This document shows positions 50,600 to 61,702 of a stretch of 64,000 bases of DNA, in pieces. The stretch is from Porphyridium purpureum. Taxonomy: Eukaryota. Both the position numbers and the translations under genes were made by a program. Position 1 is the stretch's first letter. Every line of letters starts with the position of its first letter. Location of the stretch: NCBI GenBank assembly GCA_008690995.1, contig VRMN01000004.1, positions 248,001 through 312,000 on the forward strand, given 5' to 3'. The notes below the pieces were generated by a model that was not told the DNA's origin, made no database searches, and was given only the letters and a program-made list of their open reading frames with translations.

Positions 50600-53500
50600 C
50601 CGTTGGTTGGTGACCGTAATGGTTAACCACAGTAGTATATCATTAGAGTGTGAGAGACGGCCGACGAGTCGGCGCTCTGTCTTCTTTTGAGGTAAGAGCT
50701 AGGTTGTGTTAAGGAGTAAAGTCGTCTTGTTGTGGACCTCTTGCTTCAGCTAGCCACCAGTAGGTTACTATTGGTACACGTTTGGTATACGCGTGCTTCA
50801 CGAAGACGCTATCATCAAAGGGTTATGAGCCCAGCCTTTGCGCTGTGGTGTTTCCCTCATCTTTCTTCTTCTTGCTTGCTTGACTAACCACCTATTGTGG
50901 TTGCGTTTCTATCATTCGGTCATTCCCCAACTCTACCCTCGATCACGCTTTGGAAAAGCGACTGTGGCAGCGCGACAGCCAAGACGCTGATCGGCGCCGC
51001 GAACATCGAGAAGGAAAAAAGAGGCGCTCGAAGCGCAACTGGTGAGCGCGACGCGCCCAGTGTTTGGTCATGGAATATGACATGGATAGGGCTGCGGGTG
51101 CTAGTACCCCAGCAACACCGTCGCCGGCACGCGGTGGTGCAAACGCCTCGGCAACCCGCCTTGGCGCGGCAGCAAGTGCGCGGCGCGAGTCCGCGCGCGA
51201 GGAAACGAAACGAGAGATGGCGGCGATGCTGAATGCGGCATACGCCCAAATGCATCGCCAACTCTCGGAGGAATTCGGCGCCAAGATGGCGACCGAACTG
51301 AATACCCGGACGGCGATTGTTCAGAGTGAGCTCGCCGAGCTGCGGAGCGAGAACGTTCGTCTGAGGGCGCTTCGCGATGGATCCGGTGGAAGTGGCGCTT
51401 TGCCGAGCTGCATGCGCCCTGCGGCCATGCTGTACTATGGCGGCGAGCGATCCACTGCGGCCATTATGACCTGGACGGCAGCAGCGCGTTCGCGGGTGTA
51501 CAACCCGGCGCGCTCGGATTGGCGGTCGCAGGGCCGTCTATGGACGGAAACCGAGGAAGAGGAAGCAGTGTCGACGCTTTCGACTCACCTCTTCGGATTG
51601 GCGCAACTCTGGTACCAGGCATTACAACCTGATCAGAGACCCACCTCGGTAGAAGAGTTTCTGCTCGCGCTTCAGCGGCGCTTCGAGCCAAAAGAAACAG
51701 AAAATGACGTGCGGGATGAACTGCAAAAGATGAAGCAGGGTGCAATGAGTGTCCAAGATTTTGAATCTGCATTTAGTGAAGTTTGTCTGCGTATACCAAA
51801 TTTGGTAGACAAAGATAAACTTCACTATTTTACAGAATCTCTTGACACTTCTATTGCCACTCACGTAGCGCTTCACTTCCCTCCCACCTATGACGACGCT
51901 TTGCGTTTGGCTCTAGTTGCCGACAAAGTCATATTTAAGCGTGGTCGAGACCAGCAGCCCATCACAGCACGCACGTACCCGTCAGCCATGCAGCCTGCAT
52001 ACCACCCCCAGATGAACTATAACCAGCATGGTCCGGTGCCAATGGACTTGGGCACCGCCAGCGGCAGCCGCGCACGGGTGCACGAACGAGGATACAACGA
52101 CTTCCAGCGGGATCGCTCGAACGAGTATCAACAGCAACAGCATGACCAATGGTCACCAGCTGGACCGCACCGGAACCTGCGTGCGAATCATGCAGAGCAG
52201 TACGCGCAGAGCCGCGCGGACGGACGAGACGGCGGCTGGCGAGAGCCGAGCACGCACGGTTGGAACCGTGGTGGCGGCCAGAACGACGCGCGTGGGCGCG
52301 GACAGAAGCGTGGCGCACCGCAACGAGGCGGTGCCAGTAGACCACGACCGCGACAGACGCCGAAGTCGCAACAAGATGGCAAGAAGAGTAATCAGCGTGG
52401 GCGCTATTACTGCCATCGGTGCTCCGTGTGGGGGCCAGCGACGCACAACTGTGCAGATAGGCGCGATGATCGCGATGCCAATCTCGGCGGAGCCGAGTTG
52501 ATGACCGCCAGTGCGGGCAAAGGGTTGCTCAAGGTGAATGCTTGGGTGAACGGCCGGGCGATGAAAGCAGTCATCGATACCGGCGCAACGCACACCTTTC
52601 TGAGCGAGAGCGCATGCGCGATGGTGCGAGTGCGCACAAATAGCACCGCGAATGCCTTGACCATTCGATTGGCAGACGGCACGCAGTGCATGTCTCGCGG
52701 GCGCGCGACAGTGAATCTGGCGGTGCTGGATTCAGCAGAGAAGCAGCAGGACGTGGTCGTGTACAATGGCCACAATGACCTCGTGATCGGTCTCGATTGG
52801 CTTCGAACCAACCGCTTCGAAATGACCATCGGCGGTCACAGTCTTGGCACAGCCGAGGCTGAGCATGTAGAGCAGGACCATTGCGTTCTGCACATGCCGT
52901 CGCGCGACACGTGCGGAATATGCAGCGCGGCAAAGCTGCGGCGCGCGCGTGCTGTGAGGCGAGACGACTCGGTTGGCAAAGAGCGCGGACGAGCGCGCGA
53001 GTTCAACGACGTGGTGTCGATTGACATTGTGGATCCCGGACTGGCAGCCGTGGAGGGCAGCAGGTGGCTGCTCACTCACCTCGACGAAGCCACTGGGTGG
53101 TTCTCAGCAATTGGGCTGGCGGACAAGTCCGCCGCTGAGTGCATTCGCGGGTTGACGGAGCTGCAGCGCGGACGTGGTGATTGGCCACGAGTGTTGCGGT
53201 GTGACGAGGGCCGCGAGTTCATGGGCGAATTCGACGGATTCATCGCGGAAAAGGGCGTGAAGAAAGTCACTGGTGTACCGTACCGGGCGAACACGCACGC
53301 GACGCATGAACGCAAGCACGCAGACTTGAACGGAGCAGTGCGAGCACTGCTGATGCAGTCTGGTTTGCCGACCGCGTGGTATCCGTTCGCCGCCGCCTAC
53401 TTTTGCCTGGCCAGAAACCTTGCCTGGCGCGGCGCAAAGCAGGAGCAGACCAGCTTCGAGCAACGGCTCGGTCTGACATGGCACAAGCCCATCCCTGGAT

Positions 53501-55521
53501 TCGGGAGCGGCATTCTCATATACGATGAGAGCCGCGGCAAATTTGAGCCGAAAGGCTTGCCTGCAATCGTCGTTGGGTTCACGGCACCGAGGCCAAATGA
53601 CCGGCGGCAGCCGATAAACCTGCTCGCCCTGCCCATTGCCGACTTGCGGCCATCTGCGATCAGGAAGGTCGGCGAATGGAAGCCACTTCCCGACAGGTGG
53701 CCATTGCGACGTTTGGCACTGCGGCCTCCGGATGAGGCCATTGCGACGGGTGATCAATGGTCGCGAGCACGCGACAATGCACCGGACCGTGCATTCTGCA
53801 CACAGTGCAAGAAAATAGTCGGTGGGAGCACCGAATGCGAGAAATGCATTTTGGGTCCGGCGCCCAACCGACGTCACACTGGTGACGGCGCATGCAGGCA
53901 AATGCACTGCCAGTGCAACCGAGACGAGCACGGAAAGCTCGCGTCGCGTGCACAGTATCGGCGCATTGAGCTGCCGTGGAGTCCGGCCGAGGACATTGCC
54001 ATATCCGAAGGCATTGCCCGTTTTGGTGAGGACTGGCTTGCCATCGCGGGTAGGCCAGCATTCTTCATGCGCGGCCGCAAACCAGCCGGCTTGCGCGCGC
54101 GCGCAGCGGAACTGGGTGTGCTTCCAGTGCACGCAGCAGCAGCGAGCGACGCGACGCGGAACGACGCGACGCGAGCAGAGAGTAGCAGCAACGCAACGTA
54201 CACAAGCGCGGCGACAGGAGGACCAGAGGACGAAGCGGCAGGTCTGGGGGTGGCAGAAGTTGTGGCCACAGCGGTGGCGATGGCCACGCCCGCCGGCCGC
54301 CATGCATTAGCATCCGAGCTTCGTGCGCTCACCAGCACCGGCGCTCTGCCTTTCCGCCGCACGATGGACAAGGCAGTGGCGGCGCGCGTTCCGAACGCGC
54401 AATTTGTTAAGTTGAAGCTCCTCTTCAACAAGAAGAATTCAGAAATGCCTCCGTCTTTCCACAAGACGAAGTGCCGCATCGTCGCGCAAGGATGCGTCGT
54501 GCTGGACGCCGATGGGCGTCGCGCGCGCGAAGAACCGTATCCTTTTGATCGCCCACCAGGTTTGCTGGCGATCCGCGCCTCGATGAGCATGGCGCTCATG
54601 CTCCATGGACCATCCGCCGACGGCGCCTTTTTCGATGTAACGTGTGCCTACCCCAGTGCACCATTGGGCGGCCGTCCGACATTCGGATATCTGCGCGACC
54701 TGGTCCCGGTCGTGAAGGGTCTAGTCAGCGAAGCTGACTACAGGAAGATGGCCGCATGCAGCGAGCCTGTCGTCGAGCTACCGCAGGCTCTGTACGGAAT
54801 GAAAAGGAGCGGCAGCGACTTCAGCCACGACGCTCGCGAGCGTGTCCGGCGGCTTGGATGGCAAGAATCCAACGCGGACAAGAACCAGTACTGGCGCCGC
54901 GACGCGAACGGCAGCATGCTCACGCTGAGCATGTACGTCGACGATGGCGCACTCTTCGGCAATGCGGATGCGGTACGAGTGGCGGTCAAACAACTGAAGA
55001 CCGTTTTCAGAATCGACCAGAAGGTCGAATACATTGCAGACTCGGCGCGTACACGCCCTATCAAGTATCTCGGCATGCATATCTATCGCGACGGCGGCCG
55101 ATGGATATTGGATTCGGGGGTGTACGCCACCCATGTGGCGAACGGCCACACCGCGGACAACTTGCGCGTGCGCAGCACGCCACTCAGCGAGCGGGTCGAC
55201 GACAATGGACCCGGCGGGCGCGCGTGCCCGACGAACAAGCGAACAGTCATTGGCCAACTGCTGTGGCTCAGCCGAACCACGCGAGCAGACATCGCTTATG
55301 CCACGGCGCATGTGGCGCGTTATGTCGACCGGTGGGGGCCAAGCGCGGATCGCGCGCTCGACGAGATCGTCGGGTATCTGAAGAAGCATGCGGACGTCTG
55401 TCTGCAATACGACATACCCGCGACAGGCAGTCGCGACGTTCGGTTGCACGCGTGGGCTGATGCCGACTTTTCGGCACCGTCATCCACGAGCGGCGCCGTG
55501 CTCTTCATATCGAATGGCAGA
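50600..55521 (+). mobile_element. Second LTR retrotransposon of the same family, interrupted in RNase H; left limit of the 5' LTR approximate
   Basis: PBS GGTTATGAGCCCAG at 50821; polyprotein collinear with the first element; no 3' LTR in the window. Confidence 0.85.
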
Positions 55522-55536
55522 CAGTCCGTGTGCTAA
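51070..55536 (+). CDS. Single-ORF Gag-PR-IN-(Cys cluster)-Myb-like-RT-RNase H polyprotein, truncated at the C-terminus
   Basis: PVPMDLG; CHRC....HNC; VIDTGAT...IGLDWL; HCVLH...CGIC; SIDIVD/RCDEGREF/THER; LYGMKRSG; YVDD; WADAD..STSG, then an abrupt end. Confidence 0.92.
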   Translation: MEYDMDRAAGASTPATPSPARGGANASATRLGAAASARRESAREETKREMAAMLNAAYAQMHRQLSEEFGAKMATELNTRTAIVQSELAELRSENVRLRALRDGSGGSGALPSCMRPAAMLYYGGERSTAAIMTWTAAARSRVYNPARSDWRSQGRLWTETEEEEAVSTLSTHLFGLAQLWYQALQPDQRPTSVEEFLLALQRRFEPKETENDVRDELQKMKQGAMSVQDFESAFSEVCLRIPNLVDKDKLHYFTESLDTSIATHVALHFPPTYDDALRLALVADKVIFKRGRDQQPITARTYPSAMQPAYHPQMNYNQHGPVPMDLGTASGSRARVHERGYNDFQRDRSNEYQQQQHDQWSPAGPHRNLRANHAEQYAQSRADGRDGGWREPSTHGWNRGGGQNDARGRGQKRGAPQRGGASRPRPRQTPKSQQDGKKSNQRGRYYCHRCSVWGPATHNCADRRDDRDANLGGAELMTASAGKGLLKVNAWVNGRAMKAVIDTGATHTFLSESACAMVRVRTNSTANALTIRLADGTQCMSRGRATVNLAVLDSAEKQQDVVVYNGHNDLVIGLDWLRTNRFEMTIGGHSLGTAEAEHVEQDHCVLHMPSRDTCGICSAAKLRRARAVRRDDSVGKERGRAREFNDVVSIDIVDPGLAAVEGSRWLLTHLDEATGWFSAIGLADKSAAECIRGLTELQRGRGDWPRVLRCDEGREFMGEFDGFIAEKGVKKVTGVPYRANTHATHERKHADLNGAVRALLMQSGLPTAWYPFAAAYFCLARNLAWRGAKQEQTSFEQRLGLTWHKPIPGFGSGILIYDESRGKFEPKGLPAIVVGFTAPRPNDRRQPINLLALPIADLRPSAIRKVGEWKPLPDRWPLRRLALRPPDEAIATGDQWSRARDNAPDRAFCTQCKKIVGGSTECEKCILGPAPNRRHTGDGACRQMHCQCNRDEHGKLASRAQYRRIELPWSPAEDIAISEGIARFGEDWLAIAGRPAFFMRGRKPAGLRARAAELGVLPVHAAAASDATRNDATRAESSSNATYTSAATGGPEDEAAGLGVAEVVATAVAMATPAGRHALASELRALTSTGALPFRRTMDKAVAARVPNAQFVKLKLLFNKKNSEMPPSFHKTKCRIVAQGCVVLDADGRRAREEPYPFDRPPGLLAIRASMSMALMLHGPSADGAFFDVTCAYPSAPLGGRPTFGYLRDLVPVVKGLVSEADYRKMAACSEPVVELPQALYGMKRSGSDFSHDARERVRRLGWQESNADKNQYWRRDANGSMLTLSMYVDDGALFGNADAVRVAVKQLKTVFRIDQKVEYIADSARTRPIKYLGMHIYRDGGRWILDSGVYATHVANGHTADNLRVRSTPLSERVDDNGPGGRACPTNKRTVIGQLLWLSRTTRADIAYATAHVARYVDRWGPSADRALDEIVGYLKKHADVCLQYDIPATGSRDVRLHAWADADFSAPSSTSGAVLFISNGRQSVC

Positions 55537-55840
55537 ATGGCAAAAAAACGCCCGGAAAAACTCTTGGAAAAACTCCTTGCAGTGTCAGCACGAAAAGTAC
55601 AGTGCTTTTTCCATTGTCTGTCTTTTTTGAGAAAACTCTAATAATAAATGGCAGAAAAACTCGTGGAAAATCTGTTCAGCCGCTGTCCTTTCAGAATAGG
55701 AGAGTGATCTGAGGTATTTCAAACGCATCTTCGTGAATTTTGGAAAAACGTTTCTTGTACGAATTGAAAAACTCGGAGGAAAACAGCCGGAAAAAGCATG
55801 GGACTCGCGTGAAAGGGGAAGTGATTCGTGTACCGCAACT

Positions 55841-58800
55841 TCAATTATATGCTTGTACGCCCTCAAATGTGTTCGGGTTCACGAAGTAATACCATCGGCT
55901 AAGCTTCTGCGATGTATCCTGGAATGCTGTCACCCTCCCTGTTATCATCGTCGCGTCTATCACTTGCACGGAGTCGCTTTGCAATCTCTGGTGGTGGAAC
56001 ACGGGCTCGAGATGCATGCACTTGCTGGCGCACTGCGACTTGGAGGATTCTCCATCATGCCCTTCGAAGTCCTGAATCACTGCGACATCGAAGGTCTCGT
56101 TGTGCTCATCCGTATTTATCGTGATCCGGGCGATTAAGATGCATTTCCCGTACGCGTACTGGTCCGGGTGGGTCGAGTGCTTTGAGTACTCGACGAAGTC
56201 CCATCGCGGATTCTTATAGTGATCCGGATGCGCGACGATGCATTCGACAGTCTGCCTTCGGTGCTTGAGCTGCATTTGTCGAAAAGCCTCGAGTACAACT
56301 GATCCATGCGTCGCTTCAGCGCGGAACTTGTTCATCGCGAAACGTTTCAAAGCGCTATCCATTCTCGCCCATAGAGCTACCCTTTCAGCGTTGCTGTTTG
56401 TGCTGTTGGATGTACGCGAAGCGTATGGGTTCCATATTTGTGGTTGCCATTCCAAAGCACTTCGAAACCCGTTCTCTCTGGTATATGTCCAGACGGTGCA
56501 TGCGTCGCGCCAGACACCGAATAAAGACGATGAGAAATGTATTGACGATCCTCGATGCCGGTACCATGGGTGTCTTTGATTTGCTGTGTTCTCATTTGGT
56601 GCCGTGTTGGTGAACGTCCGCACGTCTGATTGTTGGCCCTCATTCGAATACGCGTCTCGCGTTAGTTGCCAGAGCCAGCGATTCGAAAACGATGCAAGTT
56701 GGTGCTTAGCAGCGCGGCGTAGCATAGATTCATGCGGCTTCCAAGTGTCCGAACCAACCAGCGACTTGAACCAGACCTTGTCAACTTGGAAGGATTTTTC
56801 ACCGTCCGTCGTATCCCAAAATTTCATCGGCCCGAAGTCCGCCAAATTATCGCCAAAGTGAGAAAGCGCATGGATCTTTGGAGCATTCCAAGGTAGATTA
56901 ATGCGCTGTGTGAATATTCGAAGCCGCGATTGCACTTCACGTGTGAGACTTGGGATGCGAATCAGCAGGTCACGGGGAATCACTCGCAGATATAGTACGC
57001 CGTACAACTGAATACATCGAATTGCAAGATTGGTGAAGGCAATGCGTGCATGATCCTCGAGGATGTCTTCCTGTTGTATGAGTACGACCATTTGGAGAAG
57101 GTGACCAAGCGAGTATGATTGTTCAGCGAGTTTTGTCAAGTCGAGTAAGAAGTTAGAGGAGCGAATTCGCGTGTACACAGCGTGTCGTCGGAAGCTGGCT
57201 TCATTCATGATATTCGTGGCTATTCGGCTCCATGCTTTTCCAGCGGCTGAGTCAATGATTCCGCGAAGCTGATCTGTTGCGCTGCCTTTGTGCTTTGGAG
57301 TTGCCGTCTTCAATGGGAGCGCACGGCCATGTGCACTCGAGTGTGAAAATCTCGTCCCGCTGGGCGGAGCGCTTGCTGTCTTTCGTTTCTTTGCGGGTGA
57401 CGCTTGTCCAGATTGTGATGGTCCATCGATGTCAGACGCGCATTCGCTGTTGGATTCGGAACCATGTTCGCTGTTGCTCTCGCCTGCACTGGCACATGTA
57501 TCTTCGCTTCTATCAAGCGATGCCATGGCACCGATTGCGTCTTCTTCCTCCCCATGCTTTGAATATTGCTTCGCGCGCTCTTGCGCTTCCGTGAGTTCAA
57601 AGACAACGTTTGCTACTCGGTGGGTGACATTTGGCTTGCTCAGTAATGCCTTGAGTCCGGCAACGGTTATGCCGCGGAACCAGAAAGCCAAGAAACCGTG
57701 AAGCCCATCGATACCGGTCAGTTGGAACCTTCCACGATTAAGAAGCCTTATGTGTTCCTCGTATCCAGCTGCAAGTTCGTTGAAATCTTTGTCATCATTC
57801 TCGTCGAAGCGATTCCATCCGATCGCTGCATGTTCTCCGATGAACTGCAGAGAATGTGCCTTTCTCATCGAAGCTCCCCATTCGGATAAGTGTTGGGTCA
57901 GAAGGTGTTCAATTTTCTTCTCTGATCGATACTGCAGGGGACGTCGTGTAACCCAGAACTCATCATTTTCTGTTTGATGTGGCGCCGCTGGTGTGCTGAG
58001 CGTGTGTATCGATGATTGTGGAGCTTGTACCATACATTGATGACAGGGCATTTTCTGCGCGCGCCCACCGGATACAAACGATGCCTTGGTGAAAGAGCAC
58101 TTTGACATCATTGGCATGTCCATCGATAATTTGTACACGATGGGAAAGAAAAGCAGTCGACGCTGCTGCCATGTTACTGGGATGCCATGTTTGTTAGCAG
58201 CTAGCGTGTCGTAAAATGTTTTGCTCATGATCGCGTGATACATCGACGATTCGAGCTCACGTCGAGCCAACTTTGCATTGATGTGGAGGTTTTGGCTCGC
58301 TCCGAATGCTCTAGCAACGCATTCAGTGTCCACCGCAGGTAAATACGCGACGACATGTGGCTCACGGTGAGCATCTGAGCAGAACATGCGACGATGGACG
58401 ATACGGATCTTGAGCGGCGTCATTGTATGACGCCCGTTCTGTGTCATGTGCGCTTCGTCAGCGTATATCTGCAGCGGAAGTAGAACTGCCTCAGGTGGGT
58501 CCGGACCATATTTCTGCCTGACTTCGAATGCGATGCGACGAGCTGCGTTGACACACAGGTTACCATCTTGCGGGAAAACGAGGGACTTGCGCTGTTGGTC
58601 TTCGAAGAGATTGATTTTCAAGGCGTCCAAACCGTATTCCCTGATGATGGAAACAACCGAATTTACTGCGAGCTCCATTGGCTCACGGAAGCGAATCTTT
58701 TGGACCACATTGCGAGGTAAAATCTTCCCATGCAGTGTCTTCCCTGCGCCGTATTCAATAACTGCCTCCTGACCATCGATGACTGTGTTTCCGATGATAT

Positions 58801-59755
58801 CCGATATGCATTGCTTAGATCTGTGGGTGAAAAGAAGGGTCGAAGCTCGCTTAACCAGACCCGCAGCTGATTCGTTGATACTTGTTTGCATCACAGAGAA
58901 GGCCTTCTCAAGTAAAGATGCATCGCAGGTCGATAGATTCCTTCTCAAATCCGTAAAGGCACGCCTGATTATTCGAGTAATATACCGAAGAGTCGTGCGA
59001 GTAGTGATGCGTAACAGCTGCATCTCCATCGACTTTAGTTCAAGTGCTTCGCGAGTGGAAATGGCGTGCTTGTGCATAAACATCTCCTGTTCACTTTTAA
59101 ACCTTAGAACTTCGACTGCATCGTCGATGTCAATGTTCTCCGATGAGCCTATGCCAGTCAACGTGCGCACGTACTTCGAGATGCTGTCGTCGCGGTGTTG
59201 TAGGCGCTGGCGTAAAGTCTTCTGGTCGAGTAATCTCTCAAAACGCTTTGCATAACGGGTCACAAGCGTTTCGACGTCAATCTCTCGACTAGGATACGCA
59301 TCGCTCATCTGTGCTGCATCGTGTCCCATACGTTCTGCTTCGTTGGCTTCATCATCGTCTGCCGCGTCATTCTCTAGAGCAAGATCATCATCCGATTCAA
59401 TCTGCTCTTCTGGGTCCACGAAGTCATCACCGCCATCATTGTCGCTGTCCCGTGCGCTGTCGTCATGATTGTCTATGCCGGCACTGACGTCAAAGTCAAT
59501 TCCACTGCGTGTATCGTCATCGCATGAGCCACCGTACACAGCAGTCGACCGTCGAAGATTCGCGTATGGAATGCGCCCTGTGCGTACACGCAGTCTGCAG
59601 CACAGTTTGTGTTCTCGCATGACTTGGACCCGCGCAGTGTAAGATAAACCTTGTCCTTCAGGCGGTGAAAAATCGCAGTTGACACCATCGCATTGTAATC
59701 TTTTCTCTCGACGACGATGCCACGGCTTGTGGGCAAGGCTCTCACGACTATCCAT
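55841..59755 (-). CDS. Plavaka/CACTA-like DDE transposase (ORF open to 59836; first ATG 59755)
   Basis: FREPM; PLQIYADE...TMTPLKI; MDMP; PCHQC; DGLHG; PKIHALSH; FG...DTTDGE; RWDFVE, all collinear with 24030-27317. Confidence 0.8.
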   Translation of the reverse strand: MDSRESLAHKPWHRRREKRLQCDGVNCDFSPPEGQGLSYTARVQVMREHKLCCRLRVRTGRIPYANLRRSTAVYGGSCDDDTRSGIDFDVSAGIDNHDDSARDSDNDGGDDFVDPEEQIESDDDLALENDAADDDEANEAERMGHDAAQMSDAYPSREIDVETLVTRYAKRFERLLDQKTLRQRLQHRDDSISKYVRTLTGIGSSENIDIDDAVEVLRFKSEQEMFMHKHAISTREALELKSMEMQLLRITTRTTLRYITRIIRRAFTDLRRNLSTCDASLLEKAFSVMQTSINESAAGLVKRASTLLFTHRSKQCISDIIGNTVIDGQEAVIEYGAGKTLHGKILPRNVVQKIRFREPMELAVNSVVSIIREYGLDALKINLFEDQQRKSLVFPQDGNLCVNAARRIAFEVRQKYGPDPPEAVLLPLQIYADEAHMTQNGRHTMTPLKIRIVHRRMFCSDAHREPHVVAYLPAVDTECVARAFGASQNLHINAKLARRELESSMYHAIMSKTFYDTLAANKHGIPVTWQQRRLLFFPIVYKLSMDMPMMSKCSFTKASFVSGGRAQKMPCHQCMVQAPQSSIHTLSTPAAPHQTENDEFWVTRRPLQYRSEKKIEHLLTQHLSEWGASMRKAHSLQFIGEHAAIGWNRFDENDDKDFNELAAGYEEHIRLLNRGRFQLTGIDGLHGFLAFWFRGITVAGLKALLSKPNVTHRVANVVFELTEAQERAKQYSKHGEEEDAIGAMASLDRSEDTCASAGESNSEHGSESNSECASDIDGPSQSGQASPAKKRKTASAPPSGTRFSHSSAHGRALPLKTATPKHKGSATDQLRGIIDSAAGKAWSRIATNIMNEASFRRHAVYTRIRSSNFLLDLTKLAEQSYSLGHLLQMVVLIQQEDILEDHARIAFTNLAIRCIQLYGVLYLRVIPRDLLIRIPSLTREVQSRLRIFTQRINLPWNAPKIHALSHFGDNLADFGPMKFWDTTDGEKSFQVDKVWFKSLVGSDTWKPHESMLRRAAKHQLASFSNRWLWQLTRDAYSNEGQQSDVRTFTNTAPNENTANQRHPWYRHRGSSIHFSSSLFGVWRDACTVWTYTRENGFRSALEWQPQIWNPYASRTSNSTNSNAERVALWARMDSALKRFAMNKFRAEATHGSVVLEAFRQMQLKHRRQTVECIVAHPDHYKNPRWDFVEYSKHSTHPDQYAYGKCILIARITINTDEHNETFDVAVIQDFEGHDGESSKSQCASKCMHLEPVFHHQRLQSDSVQVIDATMITGRVTAFQDTSQKLSRWYYFVNPNTFEGVQAYN

Positions 59756-59810
59756 GCCTATGCGCCGAATCTCTTTAACTCCCCTCGCACGGCCCCCTCG
59801 CGCCGTCCAA

Positions 59811-59913
59811 TCGTCTCGTCCTCTCGTCCGGCCCACTCGTCCCGTCCTATCGTCCGGCCCACTCGTCCCGTCCTATCGTCCGGCCCACTCGTCCGACCCA
59901 CTCGTCCGACCCT
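59811..59913. repeat. Tandem 13/26-bp repeat (CGTCCGGCCCACT/CGTCCCGTCCTAT) upstream of the transposase
   Basis: Directly visible; about 8 units. Confidence 0.85.
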
Positions 59914-60748
59914 TTCTTCGCGTGCGTCTAAGTTGACGCTATTTTCTTCAAGTTGTTGGTGTGCATTACATCACCGCACTCTTCAAATATTATTACTAAA
60001 ATGGCGTAGTTTCACAATACGTGCAATATGGGAATGCTTGGCTAGACTTTAAGATTTGGAAAGGGTCAAATTTATAATGGATGCAAAGGATCAGACTGAG
60101 CCTCTTGAGCTGACCAGCACTGATGGTGTAAGTGCATAGCATACGAAGCGGCAGAGTGGGGCTTCGAATACAGGGCCGCGGTGGTAGAGCAGGTTCCGGC
60201 GAGAGAGCCAGTATTTGGGCGCGGCGGCTGGGCATTGGGTTCGAAAGGAAGCCACGCTTAGAAGCAGTCACAATCTGGAAAGTGTCATTATTTCTCGACA
60301 TTTGACCCAGGAATCGAGTGGAGAAGTAGGGCGCTTCCGTCTTTCCGTGTGATCTAGCTTAGAATCATACTTGCAGTTATCGGCGTGTATTTACTGGGAG
60401 AATACTTTTTTCCCGCGCATTTGATTCCTCTTTTCAGTTGTGGGTATTTGGCAGTAGTATTAGTGCACAGTGGTGTATAGCGTCCACACTCTGTGTCGCG
60501 GTGAAAGAGAAAAGAAAATCGCTGAGAGTGAAGCATCAAAATCAGCCCTCGGCACAAGTGCAACACATGAGAAAACGTCGTCGTCTGAGGAGAGCACCTA
60601 GAGTGTGGAGGCCAGCGGTTCTGGAGAGGAGGAAAGTAGCGATGCAGAGGACTGAGCGAATGCCGAGGGATCTGAACCGCGAACTGCTCCGGAGTGCAAA
60701 CATCGCTGGTTTATGTGACGTTGAATGGAATGTAAATGTTCCATATCG

Positions 60749-61702
60749 TTAAAGGCCATGCGTTGCCTGAAGTAAGTAATCGTGCGCACGTCTGCAATCA
60801 GTGATCAAGTCGGCCGCCACGCGGCCGCGTCTGCGACAGGATCCGCTGACACAGTCACGCGAGCACGCCAGAGGAGCATCCATAGCTGCATCGGCAGAGC
60901 GCTTCGATAATCCAAACCTGATACAAGCAGAACCGTACGTGGCCTCGTAACATTCGAACACTCCGCGAATCTTATCCTGAGCAACCCACGAATAATCAGG
61001 CCAAGGATAACGGCACGAACCTTTGATATTCCAGCGGACCAGTAAGTACGATGACAATTTGCTCCAGATCACGTTGACGTCTGGCAGAGCACGAGCCCCA
61101 ACAAGCTCAACTGTCAAGGGCCGACCTTCGAAGCGCACATACACGCGACTGATCCGATGGTTTTTGGTTTTCAATCGCATATCGAACGCCGGATGTTCCA
61201 ATAGAATTGCCTCGGGGATCGGTGATTGTACATCGTCGATGCGCTCAACCCTCGCTGGCCAACCGTCCGCATTCTTCTCTGGCCATTCCACCATCACCAG
61301 CTCAGGTACACTGTGCTTCTCCTTACATCCCGTGTACGCACAGTCGACTCCAGCCAAGAAGCCAGTCAAACCTTGCTGTGCATTGACCATCGATGCACGT
61401 AGCCAGACCAGTTCTGCGTGAAAGCTTGACTCGGTGGGATACTTTACACGGGGCTCCATCGGAGGCGTCGGAAGCGATACACGCTGCCACTCGCACTGCT
61501 TCAAGATATCGATGAGTTCATTGACATCGTTGCGCAGACTATGCAGTTCTGCCTCAACACGCGCAAGCTTGGAGTCGGTGATCATCGCGTGCAGCGCATA
61601 CTCGCGTGCCTTTAATTCGCTGGTATTTTGCGCAATAATATTGGCGTTCAGCGCCATCGCGAGCTGCATCCGCAATTGCTCCACTTCCTCTCTATCCGAC
61701 AT
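60749..61702 (-). CDS. Transposon cargo protein: N-terminal coiled coil plus PWWP-like domain
   Basis: ELVMVEWPEKNADGWPARV...IPEAIL...YLLVRW...YSWVAQDKI. Confidence 0.6.
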   Translation of the reverse strand: MSDREEVEQLRMQLAMALNANIIAQNTSELKAREYALHAMITDSKLARVEAELHSLRNDVNELIDILKQCEWQRVSLPTPPMEPRVKYPTESSFHAELVWLRASMVNAQQGLTGFLAGVDCAYTGCKEKHSVPELVMVEWPEKNADGWPARVERIDDVQSPIPEAILLEHPAFDMRLKTKNHRISRVYVRFEGRPLTVELVGARALPDVNVIWSKLSSYLLVRWNIKGSCRYPWPDYSWVAQDKIRGVFECYEATYGSACIRFGLSKRSADAAMDAPLACSRDCVSGSCRRRGRVAADLITDCRRAHDYLLQATHGL

